A stretch of DNA of 64,000 bases. Origin: an uncultured delta proteobacterium. Its GTDB lineage: Bacteria > Myxococcota_A > Polyangia > Polyangiales > CAWHLB01. The translations under genes and the position numbers were made by a program. The stretch covers positions 409,246 through 473,245 of the forward strand of contig CAWHLB010000027.1 of assembly GCA_963830115.1 (NCBI GenBank), in the 5' to 3' direction. The notes beneath the pieces were generated by a model. That model ran no database searches. It was not told the origin of the DNA and saw only the letters and a program-made list of their open reading frames with translations. Positions 1-10,193 of the stretch are shown here, in pieces (the first letter of the stretch is position 1; the number at the start of each line of letters is the position of its first letter).

Positions 1-778
1 GTCAGCACGTCGCAGGCGTCGGCTCCTGGAAGAGGTCACGACGTTGTCGTTGCCGACGTAGATCAGGCCGAGCAGCCGGCCGCGGGCGAGCAGGGGCACG
101 CAGATCACGCTCGAGAGCTTGAGGTTCATGATGCTCTTGGAGCCGCGGAACATCGTCGTCGTTCAGTGCGTCGCTCACGATGAGAGGCTTTCGCGTCTCG
201 GTGACCTTCTTGATGATGCTGTCCGACAGGTGCCGGATGCCGCCGGTGATGTTCTGCTGATCGACGTTGCGTGCCGCGGCCACCTCGGTCTCTCCGTCGC
301 GCAGGAGGAGCACGAAGCCCTTCCCGGCGTGGGTGACCTCGATCACGGCGTCGAGCAGGGCCTCCATCTGCTCGTGCACCGAGCGGATCTCCATGAGGCG
401 CCGGTTGAACTCGCTGAGCTTGAGCATGCCCGCGAGTTCGGAGCCGCCCCTGTCGCCCTCGTCGGCTCCGCCGGACATCACGGCGCCCTCGTCATAGAGC
501 GAGAAGAGTAGCTCCACCTCGCCGAACCCGAGGCGGTCTCCGTGGAAGATCTTGCCGCGGCGCTTCTTCTTGCCGTTGATCTGGATGTCGGCCTGCCGGT
601 CCACCTCGTTCAGGTTGAAGTCGCGACCGTCGAAGACGACCTGTGCGTGGTAGTCGGCCACGGAGGTGTGGTCGACGCAGACGTCGTTGCCGCCCGCTCG
701 GCCGATCGTCGTGATCTTCTTGTAGACCGGGAAGACGCGCGGCCGTCCTTCGGCCGCCATCCACTTGAGGCTCGGCAT
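1..778 (-). pseudogene. FHA + GAF domain protein, N-terminal part of a probable sigma-54 enhancer-binding protein. It runs off the left edge and the GAF part is frameshifted as assembled.
   Basis: ORF 2..778 has an N-terminal FHA-like segment (TIGRAGGNDVCVDH..HAQVVFDG..INGKK) followed by a GAF-like segment. Near position 150 the conserved sequence continues in another frame (RFRGSKSIMNLKLSSVICVPLLARGRLLGLIYVGNDNVV), and there is at least one more shift before position 40. The TGA at 2-4 is a by-product of these shifts. Confidence 0.7.
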
Positions 779-848
779 CGGGCGCCAAGCATAACAGACC
801 TGCTCCCGTCGCGCCGGGGGCGCACGGCTCCGACGCCCGTCGCCTCGG

Positions 849-1349
849 TCAGTCGCCGAGGGGCTTGAGGGGTCGAGTCACGGGCTCGCCGCGCTCCTTC
901 GGCTCAGCCATCTTGACGACGAGGGCGAGGGCGTGGCCGGAGGGATCACAGGTCAGGTAGACGAGAGCGCCGTCCGGTTGAGCGATGGGGGACGAAGCGG
1001 TCGGGCTCCGTGCCCGGTCCCGCTCCCAGACGGCCTCCATGCAGGCGAGGTCCACGCGCACTTCGATGGCCGCGGCCTCGCGAGCCGGCGGAAGGCGGTA
1101 TCCGCCGGGAGGGCCGCGCCGGAGCTCCAGGTTGGGACCGCCCCCTGGGCGCTCGAGCACGACGCGCTCGGGGCGCGTGCTGGTGCAGCGATAGCCGAGC
1201 ACCTCAATCCAATAGGAAGCGGCCGATCGGGGATCGGGCGCCGTCAGCACGACCACGCCTACGCTCGACACGGGCCGAGCATACGGCAAAACGTGGCGGC
1301 CGTGGTGTAGCTTTCCGCTCTTACGAGGGAGCGCGTGGCGAGAAGCCAT
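849..1349 (-). CDS. VOC / glyoxalase-bleomycin resistance family protein
   Basis: ORF 849..1400. The segment VGVVVLTAPDPRSAASYWIEVLGY..GALVYLTCDPSGHALALV resembles a VOC fold. ATG at 1349 was chosen as the start, which is uncertain. Confidence 0.55.
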   Translation of the reverse strand: MASRHALPRKSGKLHHGRHVLPYARPVSSVGVVVLTAPDPRSAASYWIEVLGYRCTSTRPERVVLERPGGGPNLELRRGPPGGYRLPPAREAAAIEVRVDLACMEAVWERDRARSPTASSPIAQPDGALVYLTCDPSGHALALVVKMAEPKERGEPVTRPLKPLGD

Positions 1350-1503
1350 CGCAGCGGACGACGGGCAGGGGCGGGTACTTGGCGCGCTGGGGGTCGTCAC
1401 ACCGGAAGAAGGCTGACCCCTTGGCGCTCACCACGCGCCGCGCCTGGGCGCAACCCAAGCACAGCCCGACCCGCCTTTCCTCATCGTCCGCTGCGTCCAC
1501 CCG

Positions 1504-4500
1504 TCAGCTGCAGCCCATCGAGCTGCCGCAGTTCAGGCACTTGTAACACGCGCCGTTGCGGACGGTGATGTGGCCGCAGTTGTCGCACATGGGCGCGTCG
1601 CCCATCATCTTGCCGAGCTGGCGGTCGAGCGCGTTGCCGCCCCCAGATGCTGGCGGGCGCGTCGTGTCGAAGCCGAAGGTGACCTGCTCGGCCGGCGTGA
1701 TGTCCGCCGCCGATCCTGTGGCGGGGCTGGCCTCGGCCCGGCGCGCCGCCGCGTGGTCGGTCGGGTTCTCGAGCTCGACCTTCTCCTCGGCGGGGGGCAC
1801 CTGGGCGAAGTCGTATCGCTTCAGGTACTCGATGCCGAGGACGCGGAAGAGGTAGTCGATCATCGACGTCGCGAACTTCACGTTCGGGTGGCCTTCGACG
1901 ATGCCCTGGGGCTCGAACCGCGTGAAGGTGAACTGCTCGACGTAGCTGTCGAGGGGCACACCGTGCTGCAGCCCCATTGATACGCTGATGGCGAAACAGT
2001 TCATCAGCGAGCGGAAGGCCGCCCCCTCCTTGTGCATGTCGACGAAGATCTCGCCGAGGGAGCCGTCCTCGTACTCGCCCGTACGCAGGAAGATCTTGTG
2101 CCCTCCGACCCGCGCTTCCTGCGTGAAACCGGCGCGCTTCTTCGGGAGCCGGTGGCGCAGGGTGGCCGGCGGGCGTAGGCCCTCGCGGACGGGCATCGAC
2201 AGGCGGGCCTGCTCCGCCAGAGTCTTCCCGTCCATCTCGCTCGCCGTTGTCTCCTCCGCCGAGTCGTCCTTGGTCGACAGGGGCTGGGAGGCCTTCGAGC
2301 CGTCGCGGTAGAGCGCCACGGCCTTGAGCCCATGCTTCCAGCCCTGGAAGTAGATGTCCTTCACGTCGTCGACCGTGGCTTCCGCCGGCAGGTTGACCGT
2401 CTTCGAGATGGCGCCGCTCAGGAAGGGCTGGGCCGCGGCCATCATCATCACGTGCGCCATCGGCTCGAGGAAGCGCTGGCCGCTCTTGCCGCAGCGGTTG
2501 GCGCAGTCGAAGATCGGCAGATGCTCGTCACGCAGGTGAGGAGCCCCCTCCACCGTCATGCGGCCGACCACCACGTCGTTGAGCTCGTCGATCTGCCCGT
2601 CGCTCAGCCCGAAGTGGCGGAGCAGGTTGAAACCGGGCTTTTCGAGCTGGGCTTTGCCGATGCCGAGGCGGCCGTAGGTCTCCGCCCCCAATACCCACGG
2701 CGCCAGGGCGTGGCCCACGTCGAAGACGCCCCGGAGCGCGTCCTCCGCCTTCGCGATGTCCCGCTCGGTCAGGCCCTTGTCGAGCAGCGCCTTGCGCGAC
2801 AGATGGGGCGCGCCCGTGAAGGTGTTCGTCCCGGAGACGAAGGCGACGATGTCGGCGATCTGCGCCTCGCCGTAGCCGAGCCGCTTGAGCGCCTTGGGCA
2901 CGCTCTGGTTGACGATCTTGAAGTAGCCGCCGCCGGCCAGCTTCTTGAACTTCACCAGGGCGAAGTCAGGCTCGATGCCTGTCGTGTCGCAGTCCATCAG
3001 AAGCCCGATCGTGCCGGTCGGCGCCAGCACCGTGGCCTGGGCGTTGCGGTAGCCGAACTTCTCGCCGAGCTCGACCGCCAGGTCCCAGTCCTCACGCGCC
3101 GCGCGGACCAGGTAGTCCGGGCAGCCCGCCGGCCGCCCCTCCACCATGCCGTGGCCGCTGGACTCGTCGATCCGGTAGGCGGCGGCGCGATGCTTGCCCA
3201 TCACGCGCAGCATCGGCTCGCGGTTCGGGGCAAAACCCGGGAAGGGGTCCTTCGAGGCGGCGATCTCCGCGGAGGCGGCGTAGGCGTGGCCGCAGAGGAT
3301 CGCCGTCAGGGAGCTGGCAATCGCGCGGCCGCGGTCGCTGTCGTAGGGGATGCCGAGCTGCATCAGCAACGTGCCCAGGTTCGCGTAGCCGAGGCCGAGG
3401 GGACGGTAGTCGTGGCTGTTCTTCGCAATGGTCTCGGTCGGGTAGGACGCGAAGTCGATCAGGATTTCCATCGCCAGCATCAACAGGCGGATGGCGTGGC
3501 GGTAGCCCTCGACATCGAAGCTGCCGTCCTCGGCGAGGAACTTGGTCAGGTTGATCGACGCCAGGTTACAGGCCGAGTCGTCGAGGAACATGTACTCGGA
3601 GCACGGGTTCGACGCGTTGATGCGGTCGGTGCCCGAGCACGTGTGCCAGTCGTTGACGGTCGTGTCGTACTGCACGCCCGGGTCGGCGCAGGCCCAAGCG
3701 GCCTCCGCGATCGTGTCCCACAGGGCGCGGGCCTCCAGCGTCTCGCAGACCTGGCCGTTGGTTCGGAACCGGGTCTGCCAGGTCCCCCCGTTCTCCACGG
3801 CCTTCATGAACTCGTCGGTGACGCGGATCGAGTTGTTGGAGTTCTGACCGCTGATGGTGTGGTAGGCCTCGCCGTTGAAGTCCGCCTCGTAGCCGGCGTC
3901 GATGAGGGCCTGGGCCTTCTTCTCTTCGCGCTGCTTCCACTTGATGAAGTCGACGATCTCGGGGTGGTCCATGTCGAGGCAGACCATCTTCGCGGCGCGC
4001 CGCGTCGTTCCGCCCGACTTGGTGGCGCCAGCCGCCCGGTCGAGCACCTCGAGGAAGCTCATCAGGCCGCTCGAGGTGCCGCCCCCCGAGAGCATCTCCT
4101 GCTTGCCGCGGATCTGGAGAAGTTGGTCCCGGTCCCGGAGCCGTACTTGAAGAGGCGCGCCTCGTTCTTCACGAGCTCGTAGATCGCCATCAGATCGTCA
4201 TCGACGGCCTGGATGAAGCACGCCGAGCACTGGGGCCGCTCGTAGGCGTTGTCGGTCTCGGTGATGGCATCCGTGTGGGGGTCCCAGGCCCAGTTGCCCC
4301 CCGTTCCCTCGATGCCGTAGCGATGGTAGAGGCCGCAGTTGAACCAGACGGGGCTGTTGAATGCGGCCTTCTGGTGGACGAGCAGGTGGGTCAGCTCGGC
4401 CTCGAAATTGTCCGCCTCGTCGGTGGAGGCGAAGTAGCCGCCGAAGTGCTCCCCCGCCTCGCGGATCGAGTGGGCCACCCGGTAGACCAGCTCGCGCACA

Positions 4501-4826
4501 CTGCGCTCGCCACGGTGCGGGTCGCCGTGGATCCCCGCCTTCCGGAAGTACTTGGAGATCGCGATGTCGGTCGCCAGCTGGGACCACCCCTCCGGCACCT
4601 CCGCGCCTCTGAGCTCGAAGACCACGGACCCGTCCGGGTTGGTGATGACGCTGTCGCGGTACTGATAGCGCACCGTCTCGAGGGGCGGCTCTCCGGGGCG
4701 GGTGAACCGCCGCCCGATATGCAGCCCTCCCGATGTCCGTGCTTGCTCCGCCCGCTTGGCGTTGCCCACGCCACCTGCCCAACTCGTCACGGCCTCATGT
4801 CCCCGTCCCTGCATTCCTAGTGCCAT
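1504..4826 (-). pseudogene. nrdJ: Adenosylcobalamin-dependent (class II) ribonucleotide reductase NrdJ, split by one frameshift as assembled
   Basis: ORFs 4062..5183 and 1504..4095 join into one NrdJ. The N-terminal part reads [42 protein letters not shown], and the C-terminal part reads [23 protein letters not shown]..CxxC zinc ribbon. At 4114-4116 the minus strand reads ttc tcc ag atc cgc, so one base is missing between NFS and [15 protein letters not shown] at 4826 is preceded by GGGAGG. Confidence 0.9.
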
Positions 4827-5363
4827 GGCCGACCTCCCGCTAGCTGACTCGTCGCCTCCGGAGGAGGGCGACGCATAAGACGTTTCCCACCCTCGAGAAC
4901 AGTCCCCACGCTGTCCCCAGGATCTCCCCCGGATGTACCCAAAGGATCCACAAGGGATGGGCATTGCGCTTGCGTGGCAACCCCTACCCGTTGTGGCAGA
5001 CTGCCCTTCGTGCCTCTGCCACTTCGACCTGTCAAGAAGAAACTCGGACAGCCTCGCCCCGTTTCCGATATGTGAGTGATATCGCTGGTTTGTGCGTGTG
5101 CGAACGCCTCCATTCCGAGGCGCCTTCCGGTGCGTGTCACGAACGCAACGCACCCACATGAATGGCCACGTATTGTCACGCAATGGACACTACAATCTGT
5201 TGTGGTGTAGGGCCAAAAAACTGACGAATGTCCGCCTCAGCCAGGGCTCCGGTGTGCGGTTGATCCGAGCATGCCCAGGGCCCCGGAACCCCGTTCAGGG
5301 GTGTCTCATCCGCGCGCCATCGCCCGGCCGAATTCGGGGCGATCTAGGTGGGGGGGCGCAAGA

Positions 5364-6035
5364 TTACTTGCTTTTCTTGCCGGCCTTGGCGTTCGAATCG
5401 TCGTCTTCACCCGTAACGGTCGCCGGAGGGGCCGCCACACCGTGCATCAGGAGGTCAGCGAGGGCTGGGGCGAGACTGTTGGCGTCCGGCATCATCCCAA
5501 TCGCTGCCGGAAAGTGCTCGCCCACCAGCCGGCGCAGGAGCTGGGGGACCATGGCGCCGAGCCCAACCAGCATGGTGACGACGGGCAAGGGCACGCGATC
5601 GCTCAGCTCTCCCCTCTGAACGCCCTCGGCGACGGTCCGCAAGAGGAGCCCGATGTGGCCGACCGAGAACCGCTCGAGCACCCGCCGGCGGCGTTCGCTC
5701 GACACCAGGGCCTCCCGCACGACGATGCGCAGCACGCTCAGCTCCTCCTCACTCACCCGTCCGAGGCGCGCCGAGACCCGAGCGAGCCGCTCCTCGAAGG
5801 GCGCGTCGAGGGCGAGGGCCGCCGCCACGTCGTCGAGCAGGGCGGGGTAGACATCCTCGAGGACACTGAGGAAGAGGTCGTCCTTCGTCGGGAAGTAGTA
5901 GTAGATCATCCCGATGCTCGTCTTGGCGTCCTGGGCGATGCGACGCAGGGACGCGCCGTCGACTCCGTCGGTCAGGAAGCGTTCGCGGGCGGCGCGGACG
6001 ATGCGGGGTGCGATGTCGCTGCGGGGACGGGGCAT
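5364..6035 (-). CDS. TetR/AcrR family transcriptional regulator
   Basis: N-terminal HTH signature (RERFLTDGVDGASLRRIAQDAKTSIGMIYYYFPTKDDLF). It is the last gene of the HlyD-ABC operon, with a 4-nt gap to the permease. Confidence 0.9.
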   Translation of the reverse strand: MPRPRSDIAPRIVRAARERFLTDGVDGASLRRIAQDAKTSIGMIYYYFPTKDDLFLSVLEDVYPALLDDVAAALALDAPFEERLARVSARLGRVSEEELSVLRIVVREALVSSERRRRVLERFSVGHIGLLLRTVAEGVQRGELSDRVPLPVVTMLVGLGAMVPQLLRRLVGEHFPAAIGMMPDANSLAPALADLLMHGVAAPPATVTGEDDDSNAKAGKKSK

Positions 6036-6039
6036 GGGA

Positions 6040-7161
6040 TCAGACCAGCTTCTTTCGGAAACGAAGGGAAGCGACGGCCACCAAAGCCACCAGGATCACG
6101 CTGAGCCACACCACCTCGCCCGTGAGGTCCTCGAAGTGGCTCCCCTTGAGCGTGATCCCGCGGACGATCCGCAAGAAGTGGGTGAGGGGCAACAGCTGGG
6201 AGAGCCACTGGGCCGGCCGGGGCATGCCCTCCCACGGGAACATGAAGCCGCTGAGCAGGATGTTCGGCAGGAGGAAGAAGAACGACATCTGCATCGCCTG
6301 CTGCTGGGTCCGGGCGAGGGTCGAGAAGAACAGGCCGAGGGCCAGATTCGCCGCGATGAACAGGAAGGCCAGCAGGTAGAGAAGCGTCAGGGACCCGACC
6401 ATCGGCACGTCGAAGACGACCTGGCCCACGGCGAGGATCAGGGTGATCTGGACGTAGCCGATGACCACGTAGGGCACGATCTTGCCCAGGATGAGCTCGA
6501 GGCGCCGGACGGGGCTGACGATGAGCGCTTCGAGTGTGCCCCGCTCGCGCTCTCGGGCCAGGGCCATCGCCGTGAGCATCACCATGGTCATGGTGAGGAT
6601 GACTCCGATCAGGCCTGGCACGATGAAGATCGCGGTCCGCAGGTCGGGGTTGTACCAGGTGGTCGGCTCGATCGCGATGGGCTCGACCGCGGGTGCCCCG
6701 CTCGCCGCGAGGCGGCCGAGCATGAGCTGTCCCGCCCGCGCGTTGATCAGGGAGGCGGCGGTGTTGGTGGCGCTCGCCACGGTCTGGGGATCGGAGCCAT
6801 CGACGACGAGCTGGACCGTCGCCGTGATGCCGTGGGACAGGTCCGCCCCGAAGCGCGGCGGGATCACGAGGGCGACATGGGCTTGTCTCCCCCGCAGGGC
6901 CTTGGAGATCTCGTCGTAGCTGCGCACGTGGCCGACCATGTCGTAGAAACCGGTGACCTCGAGGCTCCGGGCCAGGTCGCGCGAACGGGGGCTCCCGTCC
7001 TGGTCGAAGACCACCGTCGGGATGTGGCGGATGTCGGTGTTGATCGCGTAGCCGAACAGGAGCAGCTGGACGACAGGCAGGGCGACCATCATGGCCAGGG
7101 TCAGCCGGTCGCGACGGAGCTGGATCAGCTCCTTCCAGGCGATGGCCAGGAAACGGTTCAT
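6040..7161 (-). CDS. ABC-2 type transporter permease (YbhS/YbhR-like)
   Basis: 373 aa with an N-terminal KELIQLRRDRLTL motif, a large loop, then multiple TM segments. ATGA overlap with the upstream ATPase gene at 7158-7161. Confidence 0.9.
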   Translation of the reverse strand: MNRFLAIAWKELIQLRRDRLTLAMMVALPVVQLLLFGYAINTDIRHIPTVVFDQDGSPRSRDLARSLEVTGFYDMVGHVRSYDEISKALRGRQAHVALVIPPRFGADLSHGITATVQLVVDGSDPQTVASATNTAASLINARAGQLMLGRLAASGAPAVEPIAIEPTTWYNPDLRTAIFIVPGLIGVILTMTMVMLTAMALARERERGTLEALIVSPVRRLELILGKIVPYVVIGYVQITLILAVGQVVFDVPMVGSLTLLYLLAFLFIAANLALGLFFSTLARTQQQAMQMSFFFLLPNILLSGFMFPWEGMPRPAQWLSQLLPLTHFLRIVRGITLKGSHFEDLTGEVVWLSVILVALVAVASLRFRKKLV

Positions 7162-8138
7162 GCCGCTTCCCCCGCGGCCTTCCCCTGGCCGTCCTGTTGC
7201 ACCATCGATACGAAGGCGTCCTCTACCGTGGGGCGCAGCTCCTGCCCACGCTCGAGGGTGATTCCGGCAGCCGACAGCACCTCCCGGGCGAGGGCGACCG
7301 GATCGGCCTGGTTCCGGGTGACCAGGCGCAGGGTCGCGCCATAGGGCGCCAGCTCTTCGACGTCCGGATGCGCACGCAGCACCTCGGCCGCCTGATCCGC
7401 GTCGGAGACCTCGAGCTGCGCGGCCCGCAGCGCTCGTCGCGCCACCACCTCCCCGGGCTTGCCCACGTCGAGGACCTCGCCCCGGAAGATGAAGGCGAGC
7501 CGGTGACAGCGCTCGGCTTCGTCCATGTAGTGGGTAGTGACCACGATGGTGGTCCCCGCGGCCGCGATGTGGTGGATCTGGGTCCAGAAGTCGCGGCGGC
7601 TCACCGGGTCGACGCCGGCGGTGGGCTCGTCGAGGAAGAGCAGGGGGGGCTCGTGGATGGTGGTGCAGGCCAGGGCCAGGCGCTGCTTCCAGCCACCCGA
7701 CAGGTTCCCGGCGAGCTGATTGCGCCGCTCGCCGAGGCCGGTGCGCTCCAGCACTTCGCGGATGCGCGCGCGCTTGCGCTTGCCCGTCACGCCGTAGATG
7801 CCGGCGTAGAAGCGCAGGTTCTCGAGTACGGTCAGGTCCTCGTAGAGGCTGAAGCGCTGGGTCATGTAGCCGATGCGCTCCTTCACCCGCTCGGGGTCCT
7901 CCGTGACCTCGTAGCCCGCCACCATCGCGTGGCCGCCGCTCGGGTCCAGGATGCCGCAGAGCATGCGGATCGTCGTGGATTTGCCCGCGCCGTTCGGTCC
8001 GAGGACCCCGAAGATCTCACCCTTGTGAACCTCGAGTGATACGTCCCGCACCGCCACCAGGTCGCCGAAGCGGCGGGAGAGGTGCTCTGCCTCGATCACG
8101 TTCGCCACGGAGGCGGCGGCCCGGCCGGGCTCGCTCAC
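7158..8138 (-). CDS. ABC transporter ATP-binding protein
   Basis: Walker A (GPNGAGKST), signature (LSGGWKQR) and Walker B (LLFLDEPT). GTG start at 8138. Confidence 0.9.
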   Translation of the reverse strand: MSEPGRAAASVANVIEAEHLSRRFGDLVAVRDVSLEVHKGEIFGVLGPNGAGKSTTIRMLCGILDPSGGHAMVAGYEVTEDPERVKERIGYMTQRFSLYEDLTVLENLRFYAGIYGVTGKRKRARIREVLERTGLGERRNQLAGNLSGGWKQRLALACTTIHEPPLLFLDEPTAGVDPVSRRDFWTQIHHIAAAGTTIVVTTHYMDEAERCHRLAFIFRGEVLDVGKPGEVVARRALRAAQLEVSDADQAAEVLRAHPDVEELAPYGATLRLVTRNQADPVALAREVLSAAGITLERGQELRPTVEDAFVSMVQQDGQGKAAGEAA

Positions 8139-9117
8139 TTGCTGCCCCCCGGGCCAGGGTCACGAAGGCCGGGATGCCCGCGTGGAGCTTCTGGTGCGGG
8201 TCGTCGACGCGGATCCGCACGCGGATGACCAGGTTGGGGCGCTCCCGCTCGCTGAAGAGGAAGCGGGGTGTGAACTCGGTCCGCTCGGCGATGTGCTCGA
8301 CGTGACCGCCGAGGCGCACCCGGAGCGAGTCGACCCGCACGCGCGCACGCTCCCCGACGTGGATCCCACCGACCCCCTGCTGGGGCACGAAGACGTCGAT
8401 GTAGGGGTGGCTGACGTCGGCGAGGGTGACGACCGTGGCCCCCGCCCCGACCACCTCGCCCGACTCCGGCGGCACGTCGAGGACCGTTCCATTCATCGGG
8501 GCGGTCAAGACGTAGCGCTCGAGCTTCGCCTCCTCGAGGGCAACCGCGCTCTGGGCGGCGTCGACCCGGGCCTGGGCGGCGTCGACCTCCTGGGGGCGGG
8601 CTCCGTGCTTCAAGCTCCGGAGCTGCTCGGCGAGGGCGCGTTGATCGGCCTGGGCGCCCTCGAGCTGGGACGAGAGATCGTCGGTCTGGGCTTGTGGCGC
8701 CGCTCCCTGGGAGGCCAGCCGTTGCTGCCGCTCGAGGTTCTGGTGGAGCAGTTGCTGCCGGGCTCGAGCCGCCGCGACCCGGGCGCGCGCGGCCTGGACA
8801 TCCTCATGGCGGGCGCCCGCCTCGAGGAGGGCAAGCTGGGCTTGGGCAGCCGCGAGGTCCGCCCGGCGCGCCTCCCGCATGAGTCGCTCGAGGTCGTCGT
8901 CGAGCCGCGCCAGTACCTGACCGTGGGTGACCTGGTCGCCCTCGTCCACCGTGATGGACTCGATGCGCCCGCCCACCTCGAAGCCCGCGTGGACGTCCTC
9001 GTACTCCACGATGCCCTGGAGCGGCTCCGGCGGGTCGGCTCGCGCACCGCTGCACCCCGCCGAGGCCATCAGGACCGTCGCCAGCAGAGTCACGAGAAGC
9101 GAGGCGTTCTTTATCAT
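8135..9117 (-). CDS. HlyD-family membrane fusion lipoprotein. The C-terminus is probably distorted by a one-base error in a poly-C run.
   Basis: ATG at 9117. Lipobox LMASAGC, coiled-coil region, then a beta-barrel part (YVLTAPMNGTVL..GIPAFVTL). As assembled, the frame runs on to 8017, 121 nt into the ATPase gene. With one more C in the run 8145-8150 it would end ..LARGGSK-TGA at 8135, overlapping the GTG start (GTGA). Confidence 0.85.
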
Positions 9118-9124
9118 ACGACCA

Positions 9125-9153
9125 GTAATGTGCCCCCGCCCAGTTCCTGTCAA
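9125..9153 (-). promoter_or_regulatory. Candidate sigma-70-type promoter of the hlyD operon (leaderless-type spacing)
   Basis: The minus strand reads TTGACA (9153..9148), a 17-nt spacer, then CATTAC (9130..9125), with 7 nt to the ATG at 9117. The -10 element is weak. Confidence 0.25.
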
Positions 9154-9183
9154 GCGTCCAGAAGCATCCAGACGACTTTTTTT

Positions 9184-9209
9184 CGGCTGCCCTGGCACCA
9201 GGGGAGCCG
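9184..9209. repeat. Inverted repeat upstream of the hlyD operon promoter, a possible operator
   Basis: cggctgccctgg-ca-ccaggggagccg forms a 12-bp stem with one mismatch. It is preceded by T7 on the plus strand, so it is not a canonical terminator on either strand. Confidence 0.5.
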
Positions 9210-9428
9210 AACCTTCTCCAACACGCCCACAGTGGCGTGGCAGGGGGACCTCCGCGTAGGGGCGGCACATCCGGCACCTGCTGCACGTCCGGTGGCAACG
9301 GGGCTGCGGCCGAGCACGGCCTCGGCCTCGATCGCGAGACCCTCTACCGGCCGCTCTCGCTACACCGCATCGGACACCCTCACGGCGGCTCCACGCGGTG
9401 GAGCAGGCGAGCCGCCGTGCGCCCTTGG

Positions 9429-9962
9429 TCAGTGCAAGAGCTGGAGCAGCACCATCAGTGTGAGCAGCAGCACCGTCAGGCCCCACCAACTGCGCGGCGT
9501 GCGCGTGCGACGCAGGAAGACCCCCGAGTACTTGGCCTGCAGGTAGTAGGGCTCCGGCTCGTCGGCGGAGGGGCGGCTCGGTGCCAGGATGTGGCTCGTG
9601 AGCCGGCTTCGCGCCTCGTCGATCTCCAGGATGGCCTCGAGCGCTCGGACCCTGTCCACGTCGCGGCCGCCCAACAGCGCGCCGAAGAACCCCGGCAGCG
9701 GGCGTGGTGCGTCGGGCACCCGGATGGGAGGCGCGCCGAGGCGCGGCAGCGCACGCCGTTGCAGGGCCTCGGCGCGGGTGAGGGCGCGCGACGCTTCTTC
9801 GAAGCACGCCGTGTTGTGGGATGGGTCGACGTCCCTCCGGGCGGTCACGCGCGCGAGGGCTTCCGCAGCGCCGGTGAGGGCACTGCACGCCTCACCGAGG
9901 GCACGTCGTGCGGCGTGACGGTCGGAGCTCGGTCCAACGGAGATCGATCGCAGTTGGGACAT
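9429..9962 (-). CDS. Hypothetical protein with a C-terminal transmembrane anchor
   Basis: ATG at 9962, 177 aa, high third-position GC, C-terminal WWGLTVLLLTLMVLLQLLH. No family recognised. Confidence 0.5.
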   Translation of the reverse strand: MSQLRSISVGPSSDRHAARRALGEACSALTGAAEALARVTARRDVDPSHNTACFEEASRALTRAEALQRRALPRLGAPPIRVPDAPRPLPGFFGALLGGRDVDRVRALEAILEIDEARSRLTSHILAPSRPSADEPEPYYLQAKYSGVFLRRTRTPRSWWGLTVLLLTLMVLLQLLH

Positions 9963-10193
9963 TCTTCGCGCCGGAGGTGCACCGCGCGTGCCACCAGCAC
10001 AAGCGCAGGGTTTCCGGAGGGTCGCCCGTCCAGGGCGCGAGGCATGCTCGCCACAATGTCTCGTCTCGCCACACGGCGTGGTTGGATCCGTCCAACCGGA
10101 CGCGACTGACCGCCGCTCCCCCGTCGCTCCACGCGGCGGCACCAGGCACGGTCCTGTTGAAATCGACCAGCATTGGTGGCATCCCGCCGACTC

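Noticed and set aside
2332-4182. 616-aa plus-strand ORF opposite nrdJ. Similar long ORFs occur at 9908..11674, 16897..18879, 41633..43864, 50862..54281 (1139 aa), 55864..58722 (952 aa) and 59309..60961.
   Set aside because: These are antisense shadow ORFs typical of ~70% GC DNA. Their translations are Arg/Ala/Gly/Pro-rich with no recognisable motifs, and each lies opposite a gene with clear family signatures.
4827-5220. Possible cobalamin riboswitch in the nrdJ leader, given that the enzyme uses AdoCbl
   Set aside because: I found no B12-box-like element (AGYCMGGAGACCKGCC-type) or GCCACTG core on the minus strand. B12 riboswitches normally control B12-independent isozymes, not nrdJ.
9193-9209. 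TGGCAC hexamer resembling the -24 element of a sigma-54 promoter
   Set aside because: There is no TTGC -12 element at the required spacing (the sequence reads TGGCACcagggGAGC). On the plus strand it points at no nearby gene. It forms part of the inverted repeat instead.
8017-9888. 623-aa ORF suggesting a much longer HlyD protein with an N-terminal extension
   Set aside because: The upstream ~255 codons are Arg/Pro/Gly-rich non-protein-like sequence. A good lipoprotein signal begins at the ATG at 9117. The 3' overrun into the ATPase gene is explained by a one-base error in the poly-C run at 8145-8150.
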